Under the pieces are notes generated by a model. That model was not told the DNA's origin. It did no database searches and saw only the letters and a list, made by a program, of their open reading frames with translations. A program made the position numbers and the translations under genes. 64,000 nt of DNA from the NCBI GenBank assembly GCA_938038445.1, contig CALHRZ010000005.1, forward strand, positions 81,792 through 145,791, in the 5' to 3' direction. The DNA comes from an uncultured bacterium. GTDB taxonomy: Bacteria; Verrucomicrobiota; Kiritimatiellia; CAIKKV01. Positions 18,768 to 29,071 of the stretch are shown here, piece after piece (position 1 is the stretch's first letter; each line of letters opens with the position of its first letter).

Positions 18768-19934
18768 TTAGGTGCCGTAATAGCGATCCACCCATTCCCG
18801 AATGTTGTCCTCTTCCACCTTGACGATGTTGATTTCACGGATCGCATTTTCCGGCGAATCGGAAGCATGGGCCGCGTTTTTCATGACATCACTGCCAAAT
18901 TCTCGACGGACTGAGCCCGGTTCCGCTTTGGCCGGATCCGTGGCGCCCAACAGATACCGAATCTTTTGGACGGCACTCATTCCTTTGTAGATCAGGGCCA
19001 AACAACTCTCCGAGCCGGCTTTCTGCTTTTCCGACTCGGCCAGAGCCGAGGGCTTGAACCCGGTCATGAACTCGACAATTCGCTCAAATTGCCGCCGAGC
19101 CAGAAGCGGCGCCAGTTGATGCCCGATCGCCGCTTTGAGCTCCTCCGGCAGTTCAAGATCCAAACCCTTTTCCAAAAATTCCCCCGCTTGGATGCCCGCC
19201 ACCGAACGAAATCGCTCCTCAAGCGGAGCAACAACCGGTCCGTAAAATTCCTCGGCCTGAGCAACGGTCATCTGAATCCTTCGCAACCCGATAATCCGAA
19301 GCCCACTCCTCGACAAGAGGTCAATGATATGCCCAGGTCTCGCCGTCGGCATCCGAAAATTTTCCGGTTTCAGAAGAACCAGCGTCTTCTGGACTCCTTC
19401 GGTCTCCGGAACATCCACCGCCTCCTCAATAATTCCACCGTCCCGTTCGGAATATTCCGCCCAGAGACGGCAGACTGCAGCGGACCGTTCGACGGAAGGA
19501 GCCACCAAAATGGCCGGCTCAAAATACTTTACTTGGCCATTCTCGTCCGTGATCAGATCGCCATACGTGTCACGAATGGTCTCGCCCCCAAGCCAGCAGG
19601 ACTTGACGTGCCCCGTTGCATCCCGAATGCGCTGAATCGCGTTCTCCCCTTCGAGCAGGAGAAAAATAACGCGCCGACGCCGTCCGGTCACGGGATCCGG
19701 CGCATAGTTGAGGCGGACGTACTGCGCCAACATGCGGCAGATTTCAGGTTCCCGGTCGTCCGCCTTCTCCAAAGAATCGGCATACCGATGAACCAGTTCT
19801 TCGCTCGGCCCGAACATTCGCGCCGCTGCAAGATTGAGCCCCGTTCGGCTCAACAACCGCCCAATCACACCCCCGGTTCGCGATTTGGCAATCGTATATG
19901 GATTAATGATGGCAAAGCCTAGTTCCCGGGGCAT
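18768..19934 (-). CDS. tandem nucleoside-diphosphate-kinase-like protein (two NDK domains; catalytic His only in the second)
   Basis: Domain 1 ELGFAIINPYTIAKSRTGGVIGRLLSRTGLNLAAARMF resembles the NDK N-terminus. Domain 2 TLVLLKPENF...NAAHASDSPENAI carries the NxxHxSDS active-site motif. GGAG RBS before the ATG at 19934. Confidence 0.6.
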   Translation of the reverse strand: MPRELGFAIINPYTIAKSRTGGVIGRLLSRTGLNLAAARMFGPSEELVHRYADSLEKADDREPEICRMLAQYVRLNYAPDPVTGRRRRVIFLLLEGENAIQRIRDATGHVKSCWLGGETIRDTYGDLITDENGQVKYFEPAILVAPSVERSAAVCRLWAEYSERDGGIIEEAVDVPETEGVQKTLVLLKPENFRMPTARPGHIIDLLSRSGLRIIGLRRIQMTVAQAEEFYGPVVAPLEERFRSVAGIQAGEFLEKGLDLELPEELKAAIGHQLAPLLARRQFERIVEFMTGFKPSALAESEKQKAGSESCLALIYKGMSAVQKIRYLLGATDPAKAEPGSVRREFGSDVMKNAAHASDSPENAIREINIVKVEEDNIREWVDRYYGT

Positions 19935-20004
19935 GCTGACTCCAACAACTCTTCTTTCAGTCTTTGAGAATAATGCGCTCGCCCTCTTCAGACAAGGCAA
20001 AAAT

Positions 20005-20769
20005 CTATCCGAAACGCCCCGTCAGATAATCTTCGGTCTGCTTTTCCCGGGGTCTCGTAAACAGGTCGCGCGTCGGGCCGAATTCGATCAGATCCCCTTC
20101 GTACAAAAAGGCTGTATAGTCCGAAACCCGGGCGGCTTGCTGCATATTATGCGTCACGATCAGGATCGTATAGCTTCCCCGCAACTCCGCAATCAAATCT
20201 TCAATCCGGGTGGTCGCCCGAGGATCGAGTGCCGAGGTGGGTTCGTCCATCAAAAGCATCTCGGGTTCCACGGCAAGGGCGCGCGCAATGCACAACCGCT
20301 GTTGCTGCCCCCCTGAAAGACCCAACGCGTTCGTATGCAGCCGATCGCTGACCTCCTCCCAGAGAGCCGCCCGACGAAGGCTTTGCTCAACCCGCTCCGC
20401 CAATTCCTGCCGGGTCAGCCGCCCGTGTAGGCGGGGTCCATAGGCGACATTGTCGAAAATGGATTTTGGGAAAGGATTGGGCTTTTGAAAGACCATGCCG
20501 ATCCGCCGGCGAAGGGCCACAACGTCAATGCCCGGAGCATAAATGTTTTCGCCGTCCAACAGCAGTTCGCCCTCCGTTCGACATCCCGGAATGAGATCAT
20601 TCATCCGGTTGACCGCGCGCAGCAGGGTGCTTTTACCGCAACCGCTCGGCCCAATAATGGCCGTAACGGCCCCTCGAACAATGGAAAGCGTCACCTTCTT
20701 CACGGCAGGCCGGTCCCGGTATAAAACGGAGAATTCTCGGGCTTTAACGTGTGGATTTTCCTCGCTCAT
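20005..20769 (-). CDS. pstB: phosphate ABC transporter ATP-binding protein
   Basis: Walker [10 protein letters not shown], signature LSGGQQQR, Walker B LLMDEP, and the PstB-typical N-terminus. Confidence 0.9.
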   Translation of the reverse strand: MSEENPHVKAREFSVLYRDRPAVKKVTLSIVRGAVTAIIGPSGCGKSTLLRAVNRMNDLIPGCRTEGELLLDGENIYAPGIDVVALRRRIGMVFQKPNPFPKSIFDNVAYGPRLHGRLTRQELAERVEQSLRRAALWEEVSDRLHTNALGLSGGQQQRLCIARALAVEPEMLLMDEPTSALDPRATTRIEDLIAELRGSYTILIVTHNMQQAARVSDYTAFLYEGDLIEFGPTRDLFTRPREKQTEDYLTGRFG

Positions 20770-20773
20770 ACGC

Positions 20774-22123
20774 TCAGACCTTCAATTGTCGCGAAACGCG
20801 GGCGCGAAGAAAAATCCCCGCCATATTCAGCAGCAAAACCAACGCCACCAGAGTCAGCGCCATGCCGAACTGAACGTGACGAATTTCGTCAACGGCCGCA
20901 TGTTCCGTACACAGGTTGTAAAGATTCCATGGAAGCGCCGGAGTGGGAGCCGTCAGCAGCCGCCCCCAGCGCAGGGGTTCGCCCATGCTTACGGCCGCCG
21001 TAAAAATAATCGGAGCCGTTTCCCCAGCCGCTCGTCCTAAACTGATCACCGTTCCGGTCAGGATCCCCGGCAAGGCGGCGGGCAGCAGAATCGTGGCCAC
21101 TGTGTGCCAGCGGCTTGCCCCAAGACTAAAGGCCGCTTCCCGATAGGCCTGGGGAACCGCCCGAATCGCCTCCTCGGATGCGCGAATCAGCGTCGGAAGA
21201 ACGAGCAAGGCCAGGGTGAACGATCCCGCCAGCACGCTCTTCGAGGGCGTTACATTCAAGGCGTGAATGAAAAACGCCATGCCAAAAAGGCCGAACACGA
21301 TGCTCGGAACCCCTGCCAACGTGTTAATGAATAGACGCAACAGATGGATCAGTTTCCCCTCGGGAGCATATTCCGATAGATAGATTGCCGACAGAACGCC
21401 AATCGGTGTCGCCACAAGCATCGCGAAAACCGTCAGACAAAGCGTCCCCAACATTTCCGCCCAAATCCCCCCAAAAAAATGGGCATCAAAGGACTCGTCG
21501 GTCAAAAACCGCCCATACCACGTCCAACGCGGCCGCAACATGGCCTCGAGATGGTTTTCCAAAAGATCAAAGGCAGGCTCGAGCGCGGTCCCCGCATAGA
21601 GCAGCCGGCGGGGTTTCCACACGCGCACTCCCATTCCCGTCCCGTCTCCATAATCCCACTCCTCGATGTGAAGAGCCTGATGCCGCTTGACCAACGCACG
21701 ATCCCAGCGAGTCTGGCCATATTGTTGCCGCATGAGAAGAGGAGGCGAATCCCCGGGAATCGGTCCCAGCAGTTCCCGGATATGGGATTGGAAACGATGA
21801 TAATCTTTCCCAACCCGCCGACGAAGGGCGGAATCGCTTTCCATCTCCGCCTCAAAAGCACGAAGAACCGCCCAAAAAGGTTCCCGGGCCCGCATCGCTT
21901 CGCGATGTTCGATCCCAATCTTCTTGGCGTTCCCCCGGTGAAATCGTTCCAACACAAAGAGACGAAACTCCACCGTCCCGCGAAACCAATAGGCGCCCAA
22001 ACCCTTTCCGATGATCGGCCCCAGCAACGCCACCAACGCCAACGCCATGAGGGCGACCGACCCATAACCGAGTCCCGAAAAAGCACGGTCCAACACATGA
22101 CGCGTACTATAATAGGCCCGCAC
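20774..22123 (-). CDS. pstA: phosphate ABC transporter permease PstA (long N-terminal extension)
   Basis: ABC permease EAA-like region [21 protein letters not shown] and six C-terminal TM segments. 449 aa. Confidence 0.8.
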   Translation of the reverse strand: MRAYYSTRHVLDRAFSGLGYGSVALMALALVALLGPIIGKGLGAYWFRGTVEFRLFVLERFHRGNAKKIGIEHREAMRAREPFWAVLRAFEAEMESDSALRRRVGKDYHRFQSHIRELLGPIPGDSPPLLMRQQYGQTRWDRALVKRHQALHIEEWDYGDGTGMGVRVWKPRRLLYAGTALEPAFDLLENHLEAMLRPRWTWYGRFLTDESFDAHFFGGIWAEMLGTLCLTVFAMLVATPIGVLSAIYLSEYAPEGKLIHLLRLFINTLAGVPSIVFGLFGMAFFIHALNVTPSKSVLAGSFTLALLVLPTLIRASEEAIRAVPQAYREAAFSLGASRWHTVATILLPAALPGILTGTVISLGRAAGETAPIIFTAAVSMGEPLRWGRLLTAPTPALPWNLYNLCTEHAAVDEIRHVQFGMALTLVALVLLLNMAGIFLRARVSRQLKV

Positions 22124-22126
22124 CGC

Positions 22127-23272
22127 TTACTCCCCCGACATTCGCCGCCGCGAACGGCGGACCGCCCACTCGCCCGCCAAGTTGCATAGAAAAGAAAACA
22201 CCAGCAGAACCAGCGCCATGGCAAAAAGAACGGCATATCGTTCCGACCCTGTCACATGGTCTGCCTCCCCCATGTCGCCCGCAATTGTCGCCGTGAGGGT
22301 CCGGACTGGCTGAAGCAGGTTGTACCAAGGTCGGGGAATCTGCGCCGCATTCCCTGAGGCCATCCAAACCACCATGGTCTCTCCGACCGCCCGCATGACA
22401 CCCAAAATCACGGCCGCGGCTATCCCGCTCCCCGCGGCAGGCAGAACGACCCGCAAAAGCGTTTCGGACCGCGTCGCCCCAAGGGCATAACTCCCTTCGC
22501 GGATTTCGCGCCCGGCGGCTTGCAAGGCATCCTCCGAAACGCTCACGACCGTCGGCAAGGCCATGATGCCCAAAATGAGCGAGGCATTCAACGCATTCGT
22601 TCCACTGTCCACACGGATTCCGCCCGCCCGCGCGGCGAGGGCACGCAAAAACCACCCGATCGCCATGGCCAACAAAAACCCAATCCCCACGGACCCCCTC
22701 TTCCGCCAGGCCGGAGGCAATCGGGCCGCCATCAGACCGCTCCCCATCACCACAGCCAATGCCCCAAGTGGAATCCCGATCCCCCATACGAATCCCCGAA
22801 ATAGCGCGCCCCCTCGTTCCTGAAGAAGAGGAGCCAAAACCACCAACGCAAAAAAACCATAGGCAACGGAGGGAATGGCCGCCAACAACTCAATGACGGG
22901 CTTGACCCCCTGCCGAACGGAAAAGGGCAGCAGATCACTGAGACAAATCGCAGCCGCGATTCCCAACGGAACCGCCACGGTCACGGCTCCGACCGTAACC
23001 AGAGCGCTCCCGGCCAAAATCGCCAATACGCCAAACTGGGGCGGATGTGCCGAGGGATACCAGGCCGTCGAGGTGAAGAATTCGCGAAATCCTCGGGCGA
23101 GAAAAAAAGGAATCGCTTCGCGCGCGATAAAATAAAAAATGAAAAGAACCGCGAGAACCGAAAGAGACGCGACCCCCAGAAGAAGCGTCGTGCCCATCCA
23201 GCGGGTCGCGTCCTGCCACCGCATCGCCCGCGCACTCATGCGCAAGCTGCGGTTTTTCCCGGTCTGTGTCAT
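22127..23272 (-). CDS. pstC: phosphate ABC transporter permease PstC
   Basis: Multi-TM permease with LGATRSETLLRVVLPAAGSGI (EAA motif region). Confidence 0.8.
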   Translation of the reverse strand: MTQTGKNRSLRMSARAMRWQDATRWMGTTLLLGVASLSVLAVLFIFYFIAREAIPFFLARGFREFFTSTAWYPSAHPPQFGVLAILAGSALVTVGAVTVAVPLGIAAAICLSDLLPFSVRQGVKPVIELLAAIPSVAYGFFALVVLAPLLQERGGALFRGFVWGIGIPLGALAVVMGSGLMAARLPPAWRKRGSVGIGFLLAMAIGWFLRALAARAGGIRVDSGTNALNASLILGIMALPTVVSVSEDALQAAGREIREGSYALGATRSETLLRVVLPAAGSGIAAAVILGVMRAVGETMVVWMASGNAAQIPRPWYNLLQPVRTLTATIAGDMGEADHVTGSERYAVLFAMALVLLVFSFLCNLAGEWAVRRSRRRMSGE

Positions 23273-23287
23273 GAGGGTTCGGTCCGC

Positions 23288-24121
23288 CTACTTCTTCTCC
23301 ACGGCCTTAACCTTCAGAGGCACATATCCGATGTCCTCGATAAGGCGGCAGCCGTCGTCGGTATCCTTTAAGCCGATGTACGCCGCCACATGGCCGGCCG
23401 GCTTCCCGTTCGTGTACATAAACAGCGGACGAGCCACGGGATAGCTTTTGTCATTCACGGATTCCGCGGTGGGTTCCACCCCGTTGATCCGAAGCGCCTT
23501 GACGCCTTCGAGGAATGCCAAACCGACGTAGCCGATCGCTGCCGGCGTTGTGAGGACCCGCTGCCGAATCGCACCGTTGCTTCCAACGTATTCGGTCTTC
23601 TCCCCCATCTTCTCTTTCTTCATCACCAGCTCCTCGAACGCCTCGTACGTCCCGCTGTTCGTGTCGCGGCTGATGACGACAACGGGACGATCGGGGCCGC
23701 CCAGTTCCTTCCAGTTCGTAATTTCGCCCTTGTAAAGAGCCCGAACCTGCTCGACCGTCATCTCTTTGACCGGATTCGAAGGATGAACAATCAGAGCGAT
23801 CCCATCCATGCATACAATATGCGCGATTGGATCCACCCCCTTTTCCTTGGCAGCGGCCAACTCGTTCTCCTTCATAGCTCGAGACATGGTCGCAATGTGG
23901 CACGCTCCATTAATGAGGCTCTTGGCCCCATTGCCGCTTCCCGATTCGCTGACGGAAATCGCCACGCCGGGATTCCGTTGCATATAGTACTCCGCAAACG
24001 CTTTCGCCACTGGCCCTACGGTCGTGGAGCCGTCAATGACAATCTTCTCCTGAGCATGGGCGCGGCCCCCCACAAGCGCAGCGGCAAATACGGTTGCAGT
24101 CCCGATGGACTTCCAGTTCAT
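23288..24121 (-). CDS. pstS: phosphate-binding protein PstS
   Basis: Signal peptide, then IVIDGSTTVGP...SGSGNGA...SRAM, typical of PstS. AAGGAG RBS. Confidence 0.85.
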   Translation of the reverse strand: MNWKSIGTATVFAAALVGGRAHAQEKIVIDGSTTVGPVAKAFAEYYMQRNPGVAISVSESGSGNGAKSLINGACHIATMSRAMKENELAAAKEKGVDPIAHIVCMDGIALIVHPSNPVKEMTVEQVRALYKGEITNWKELGGPDRPVVVISRDTNSGTYEAFEELVMKKEKMGEKTEYVGSNGAIRQRVLTTPAAIGYVGLAFLEGVKALRINGVEPTAESVNDKSYPVARPLFMYTNGKPAGHVAAYIGLKDTDDGCRLIEDIGYVPLKVKAVEKK

Positions 24122-24259
24122 CCTCGTTCTCCTTTTATCTTTCGTTCTTCTATTTTTCGTTTTTGTCCAACATCACAGTATTCTGACCTTTCTTTACAGA
24201 GCGGTATTCAGTCCGCTTGAGACTAACGTTAGGAAAAGGTTAGCGCCGAACGAGTCGCC

Positions 24260-24922
24260 TTAGCGCGGTTCGGGATGGTGACGGACAATCCGCCCTTCGA
24301 CCAGATAGATCACGTCTTCGGCGATGTTTGTGGCGTGATCGGCCACCCGTTCCAATTGATGGGCCGCGTTCCATTCGGCCACAAGCGTTTCCACGCGATC
24401 GGCGCGGCCTTCCCGAACGGCTTCATGCAATCGCTCCTCTGCCCGGCGCTGAAAATCGTCAATCACGTCGTCCGCTTGCCGAACTTCGTGCGCCAGGATC
24501 GCATTGCGGTGCACCAACGCGTCCAGCGCCTTTTTCAGAAGACTTTGGACCTGTTCGGCCATGCGCGCCAGTTCCGCTGAATAGGCGCCGGAAGTCCGGT
24601 CCCATTCCAACGTCAGTTCCGCGATGTTCACGGCCAGATCCCCAATCCGTTCGAGATCGTTGTTCAGCTTCAGGATGGCAACCACGAAACGCATGTCGCC
24701 GGCAACCGGATGATAGAGGGCAAGCAGCTTCAGACACTCTTCCTCGATCTCCACTTCCCTCAAATCAAGTTCCGTGTCACCTTCTATCAAGCGGCGAGAC
24801 GCGTCGGCATCCCGGTGCAGAAACGCATGGACCGCCAGTCGAAGACTTTCCTCCACGCGGCCGCCGAGCGACAAAATCTGCCGCTTAAGCGACTCCACCG
24901 CGCGTTCCCAATGCACCGGCAT
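24260..24922 (-). CDS. phoU: phosphate signalling complex protein PhoU
   Basis: Two PhoU repeats (ERIGDLAVNIAE... and ERVADHATNIAEDVIY). The start is set at MPVHWERA with a GGGAAG RBS. Confidence 0.8.
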   Translation of the reverse strand: MPVHWERAVESLKRQILSLGGRVEESLRLAVHAFLHRDADASRRLIEGDTELDLREVEIEEECLKLLALYHPVAGDMRFVVAILKLNNDLERIGDLAVNIAELTLEWDRTSGAYSAELARMAEQVQSLLKKALDALVHRNAILAHEVRQADDVIDDFQRRAEERLHEAVREGRADRVETLVAEWNAAHQLERVADHATNIAEDVIYLVEGRIVRHHPEPR

Positions 24923-24945
24923 TTGCTTCCCTTTCGCTGCCCAAA

Positions 24946-25323
24946 TCAAAACGACCAGGCAAGCCGACGAAACCTTTTCGCGGATTCTCCCCGATACGGT
25001 CCGACGTTCAGAACTTTCTGCTCCCATTCATAGCGGGAATCCTCCGGGCGCACAAGGCGGAAATAATCGAGATCCCGACCTTCATAATGCACCGGTCTCA
25101 GGCGGCGCACGATCCCTGCCTCAACCCACCGTTCCAGAATGCTCCGAACTTCCTCGGGATCTTCCTGCAAACGCCGGGCGATCGTTCGATCTTGCATGGC
25201 GCCTCCCTCGGCCAGGAGCCGACGGATCCGTTCCTCGAGTTCCGACCGTCTTGTTGAAACACTGATCCACCAGGTCATATTCGATTCCCCCCCGGGTGAA
25301 GGAGACGGCGGTGCCCATTTCAC
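24946..25323 (-). CDS. hypothetical small protein (possible winged-helix)
   Basis: ORF between the porin and phoU. The segment MQDRTIARRLQEDPEEVRSILERWVEAGIVRR resembles a small wHTH. The start is uncertain. Confidence 0.35.
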   Translation of the reverse strand: MKWAPPSPSPGGESNMTWWISVSTRRSELEERIRRLLAEGGAMQDRTIARRLQEDPEEVRSILERWVEAGIVRRLRPVHYEGRDLDYFRLVRPEDSRYEWEQKVLNVGPYRGESAKRFRRLAWSF

Positions 25324-25357
25324 TCCGGCACCGCCGCCCTGGTTTTTTCCATTCGGA

Positions 25358-26392
25358 TCAGAACTTCGCCGTGAAGTCCAGCTTCACGACATTGCGATCC
25401 ACGCCATTGTCAAGCCCTTTTTCGCAAAGGGCAACGTTCAACTTCGCATCAAAGTTCTTCGCCAACACATACCGAATGAATCCGATATGCGCGCGCACAT
25501 CCGTCCCGGCGCCCGTATCGGTGTTTTCTGCCAACGCAGGCAACACACAGTTTTTTTCCAGATAACGGTACTGATAGCCGACCTCCATCGTGCCGGGATC
25601 CTTGGCCTTGCCGACCAGAAATCCCCCCAAATAGCCGATGTCATCCTTGTCCGCATCCGTGTTGACCACATACTGCCCCATTACCGAAACCGGAATGGCC
25701 GTCGGAAGCCGAAGTTCCGCAAACCCTTCGACGGAGGTATATTCCTGGGCGTTTGGATTCGCAACCGTCAAACCATCCCACATGAATACAGAACCCCCGA
25801 TGAGCAGTTGCGCATCCTTGCCCTCGAAAGGCTTGATTCTGAACGCGCCCTGGCCGGTGCTGAGCGTGACATCGGTATCGGTCTTGTTCTCTTCGTATAT
25901 CATGTAAGACGCGTTTGCAAACAGTTCCAGATTCTCCGCCAACGCGACCTTCCATTTCGCCGCCAGACCTTCGGGCATTGCATCACTGCTCATCACAAGG
26001 TCATTCACCGCGATCCAAGGCTGGTCCATTTTTCCGCCGATCAGATCCAGTCCTTGAACCGGCGTCACCTGAATGTAGGCCCGATTAATGTTGAAGTCTT
26101 TCTTGTCAAACTTGCCCGTCAGGGTCTGATTATCCGAAATCGGGTCCCGATCCATCGCAGAGGCCAGACGAACGTTGGCCTTGACATATTCGTTGACCTG
26201 AGAGTCGAACCCAATGCGCGCCCGCACTCGAACGCGATCCCGGTCATCCTTGTCATCCTCCATGTCCCGCTGGAGGCGAATGCGCACATCGCCTCCGATT
26301 TTGATCGTGTCGGTCCACGCGGCGCGGAGTTCGGGAGCCAGCGCAAGGCCGGCCATGGCAGCTACGGTTCCGATCATTGTAACGGTTTTCAT
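25358..26392 (-). CDS. phosphate-selective porin O/P family outer-membrane protein
   Basis: Signal peptide MKTVTMIGTVAAMAGLALA, beta-barrel strand periodicity and a C-terminal F. Sits in Pho-regulon context. Confidence 0.7.
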   Translation of the reverse strand: MKTVTMIGTVAAMAGLALAPELRAAWTDTIKIGGDVRIRLQRDMEDDKDDRDRVRVRARIGFDSQVNEYVKANVRLASAMDRDPISDNQTLTGKFDKKDFNINRAYIQVTPVQGLDLIGGKMDQPWIAVNDLVMSSDAMPEGLAAKWKVALAENLELFANASYMIYEENKTDTDVTLSTGQGAFRIKPFEGKDAQLLIGGSVFMWDGLTVANPNAQEYTSVEGFAELRLPTAIPVSVMGQYVVNTDADKDDIGYLGGFLVGKAKDPGTMEVGYQYRYLEKNCVLPALAENTDTGAGTDVRAHIGFIRYVLAKNFDAKLNVALCEKGLDNGVDRNVVKLDFTAKF

Positions 26393-26515
26393 TGTGGTTC
26401 CTCTGTGTCTCCTTTTGCGCTTTTCCTCTGATGCATCCTGCACCTGCAGAGGCATCGGGAAAAACTGAACGCTCACAGCATCCGGAAAGCATGTTAGAGG
26501 ATGATGAGCCAAGTA

Positions 26516-28294
26516 TCAGAAATTGATAGGAAACAAAAGAGTGAAAACGGAGCCTTCCCCAGGGGCGCTTTCCACGGTGACGCGACCGCCGTGAACCTGG
26601 GCGACATGCTTGACAATGGAAAGACCAAGCCCCGTTCCCCCCTCCACACGACTCCGGGCTGTATCCACACGATAAAACCGCTCGAACAGCCTGGACAAAT
26701 GCCGCGCTTCTATCCCACACCCCCAGTCCTGCACGCGAATGAAAACATCCTGGTCCGTTCGACCGGCCTCCACCAGAATCCGTCCGCCCTCAGGACTGTA
26801 TTTGACGGCATTATCGAGCAGATTGGCCACCGCCTGTTCGACCAGGGAACCGGAAACGAAAAGCCGTAAGTCCTGGGGGCAGACTTTTTCGATCCGCTGT
26901 CGGCGTTCGTGAGCCTTCGGTTCGATCAAGGAAACCGCCGCATCCAGAAGATCGCCCACCAAAACAATCTCCCGGTCCAGTGTTCCCTTTTCCTCAAGAT
27001 GCTCAAGGCGGGCCAGCAGGGTCAAGTCGGCCGCCAGGTTCTCCAGTCTCGCCGCATGGTTTCGGATAACACGGGCGAACCGGCGCACGGTTTCGGGATC
27101 GTCTGCCGCTTCCTCTTCCAGCGTTTCCGCATAACCACGAATGGCGGTAATCGGCGTCCGCAACTCGTGCGAGGCATTCGCCACGAAATCTCGGCGAGCC
27201 CGTTCATGCCGTCGCACCTCTGTCGCATCATGAAGCACGATCACCGAGCCGATCCGGCGATCGTGCTCCCCCATCAGCGGTGCAGAGCGAATCTGATAAA
27301 TGCGGTCGGCAGGTCCCGGAAAGGTCAGTTCCGCCTCCACCACCCCTTCCGATCCAAGCGCATCTTCAACAAAATGTTCGAGCGCCGGAAGGCGAACACG
27401 ATCGAGCAGCCGATACCCCGGAGAATCTTCCCGGGAAAGCCCAAGCATTTGGGCCGCCGCCCCGTTCAATCCGAGAACGGATCCCTCCCGGTCCAAGGCC
27501 AGCACCCCATCCTTCATGCTCGCAATAATCGCTTCGTGTTCCCGCCGCAGTCGGATTTCTCGCGTGATCCGGTCTTCAAGCTGCTCCGCCATCCGGTTCA
27601 GGGTGCGAGACAGTTCCGCGAGTTCCACCGTGTCCGGTTCCGGCACCCGGAGATGAAACTCCCCTTCTCCAAAACGGCGGGCGATCTGCCGCATCGCCTC
27701 GAGAGGATCCGAAACCAGCCGCGTGGCATAAAGACCAAACCCCGCCGCAACGCCCATCGCCGCCAACCCCAATAGCAGAATGCGGAGCAACCCACGTATG
27801 CGCAAAGGCCGCACCGCCTCATCCGGCAGCGCGGCCCGAATTACCGCCATCGGACGCCCCTCGCCGTCCACCACGGGTATCGCCACGTACCAGACCTCTC
27901 GGCCTAACGTACGACTGTACCGCCGACTTTCCCCCACCCCCCCTCGTAACGCCGCTTGGATTTCCGGACGATCGGAATGATTGGCCATCGCTTCGACGGC
28001 TTCGTGCGTCTCCGCCCAAACCGTCCCATCCGGCCCAATCACCGTCAGGCGCGTTCCGATACTGGAATCCAACCCCGAGGACAATATCGCTTGAAGGGCT
28101 TCGCGATCGCCGGACCGAATCGGCCCAGCCAGAAACGGCCGGATCAGTTCCACTCGCGCGCGCAGGTCAAGAAGGACGCGTTCGCTGAGAAATTCTTCCA
28201 ACGTTCCCCACGTGGCCAACACAATCGCCACAATCGGCATCAGACTGAGCGCCAAAAACCAGGGCAAAAGCTGGGAAAGGAGGCGCCGTTTCAT
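26516..28294 (-). CDS. phoR: phosphate regulon sensor histidine kinase PhoR
   Basis: TM, HAMP and PAS regions; HisKA H-box ASHELRTPITAI; HATPase N/G boxes NLLDNAVKYS and GTGLGLSIV. Confidence 0.85.
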   Translation of the reverse strand: MKRRLLSQLLPWFLALSLMPIVAIVLATWGTLEEFLSERVLLDLRARVELIRPFLAGPIRSGDREALQAILSSGLDSSIGTRLTVIGPDGTVWAETHEAVEAMANHSDRPEIQAALRGGVGESRRYSRTLGREVWYVAIPVVDGEGRPMAVIRAALPDEAVRPLRIRGLLRILLLGLAAMGVAAGFGLYATRLVSDPLEAMRQIARRFGEGEFHLRVPEPDTVELAELSRTLNRMAEQLEDRITREIRLRREHEAIIASMKDGVLALDREGSVLGLNGAAAQMLGLSREDSPGYRLLDRVRLPALEHFVEDALGSEGVVEAELTFPGPADRIYQIRSAPLMGEHDRRIGSVIVLHDATEVRRHERARRDFVANASHELRTPITAIRGYAETLEEEAADDPETVRRFARVIRNHAARLENLAADLTLLARLEHLEEKGTLDREIVLVGDLLDAAVSLIEPKAHERRQRIEKVCPQDLRLFVSGSLVEQAVANLLDNAVKYSPEGGRILVEAGRTDQDVFIRVQDWGCGIEARHLSRLFERFYRVDTARSRVEGGTGLGLSIVKHVAQVHGGRVTVESAPGEGSVFTLLFPINF

Positions 28295-28983
28295 CCGCGC
28301 TCCCGAAACCGGTACCCGACCCCCCGGACCGTTTCAATGTAATGGGCGCGAGACCCGAGTTTCTTGCGCAACCCCACAATCTGCACATCCACCGCACGAT
28401 CGGTAACCGGATAGGTTTCCCCATGAATGGCGTTGACGATCTGATCCCGTGTGAACACCCAGCCCGGCCGACTCGCCAGAAGTTGAAGAATTCGTAGTTC
28501 GGAAAAGGTCAAATCAAGCGGCTTGCCGCCCGCCAGAACTTCATGACGCCCCGGATGAATCACCAAATCCCGAATTTTGATCGGCTCGGTCCCCTGCGGC
28601 GCCTCCATCCGTTTCCGACGAAGCACGGCCCGAATTCGTGCAAGCAGAACCTTCGGACTGAACGGTTTGACCACGTAATCATCCGCGCCCAGCTCGAGCC
28701 CCGTGATGACATCACTCTCTTCCCCTTTGGCGGTCACCATGAGAATCGGAATGTGCGCCGTGCGGTCGTCCCGCCTCAACTGGCGGCAAACCTCAATCCC
28801 ATCCATCCCGGGAAGCATAAGGTCCAGAACCAGCACATCCGGCGGTTCCTTCAAAGCCAACGCAAGACCTTCATCGCCGCGCAAAGCCACAAGGGCTTTG
28901 TAGCCAGCCTTTTCCAAATGATACCGAATCAAATCGGCGATGTCGGCTTCATCCTCGATGATCAGGGCGCAGGGATTTGCCAT
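28291..28983 (-). CDS. phoB: phosphate regulon response regulator PhoB (OmpR family)
   Basis: Receiver domain DVLVLDLMLPGMDG and a winged-helix trans_reg_C C-terminus. Its stop overlaps the phoR start. Confidence 0.85.
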   Translation of the reverse strand: MANPCALIIEDEADIADLIRYHLEKAGYKALVALRGDEGLALALKEPPDVLVLDLMLPGMDGIEVCRQLRRDDRTAHIPILMVTAKGEESDVITGLELGADDYVVKPFSPKVLLARIRAVLRRKRMEAPQGTEPIKIRDLVIHPGRHEVLAGGKPLDLTFSELRILQLLASRPGWVFTRDQIVNAIHGETYPVTDRAVDVQIVGLRKKLGSRAHYIETVRGVGYRFRERG

Positions 28984-29071
28984 TCCCTTTCCTCCATGTG
29001 AGCGGTTCCAATTTCATCCTTCCGATGTTAGGACTTCATGAGCCAAAGACTAATTCCGAGTTTTCTCCGGA

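Noticed and set aside
25139-26431. 430-aa plus-strand ORF
   Set aside because: Antisense to the OprO/P-like porin. Low-complexity Arg-rich translation.
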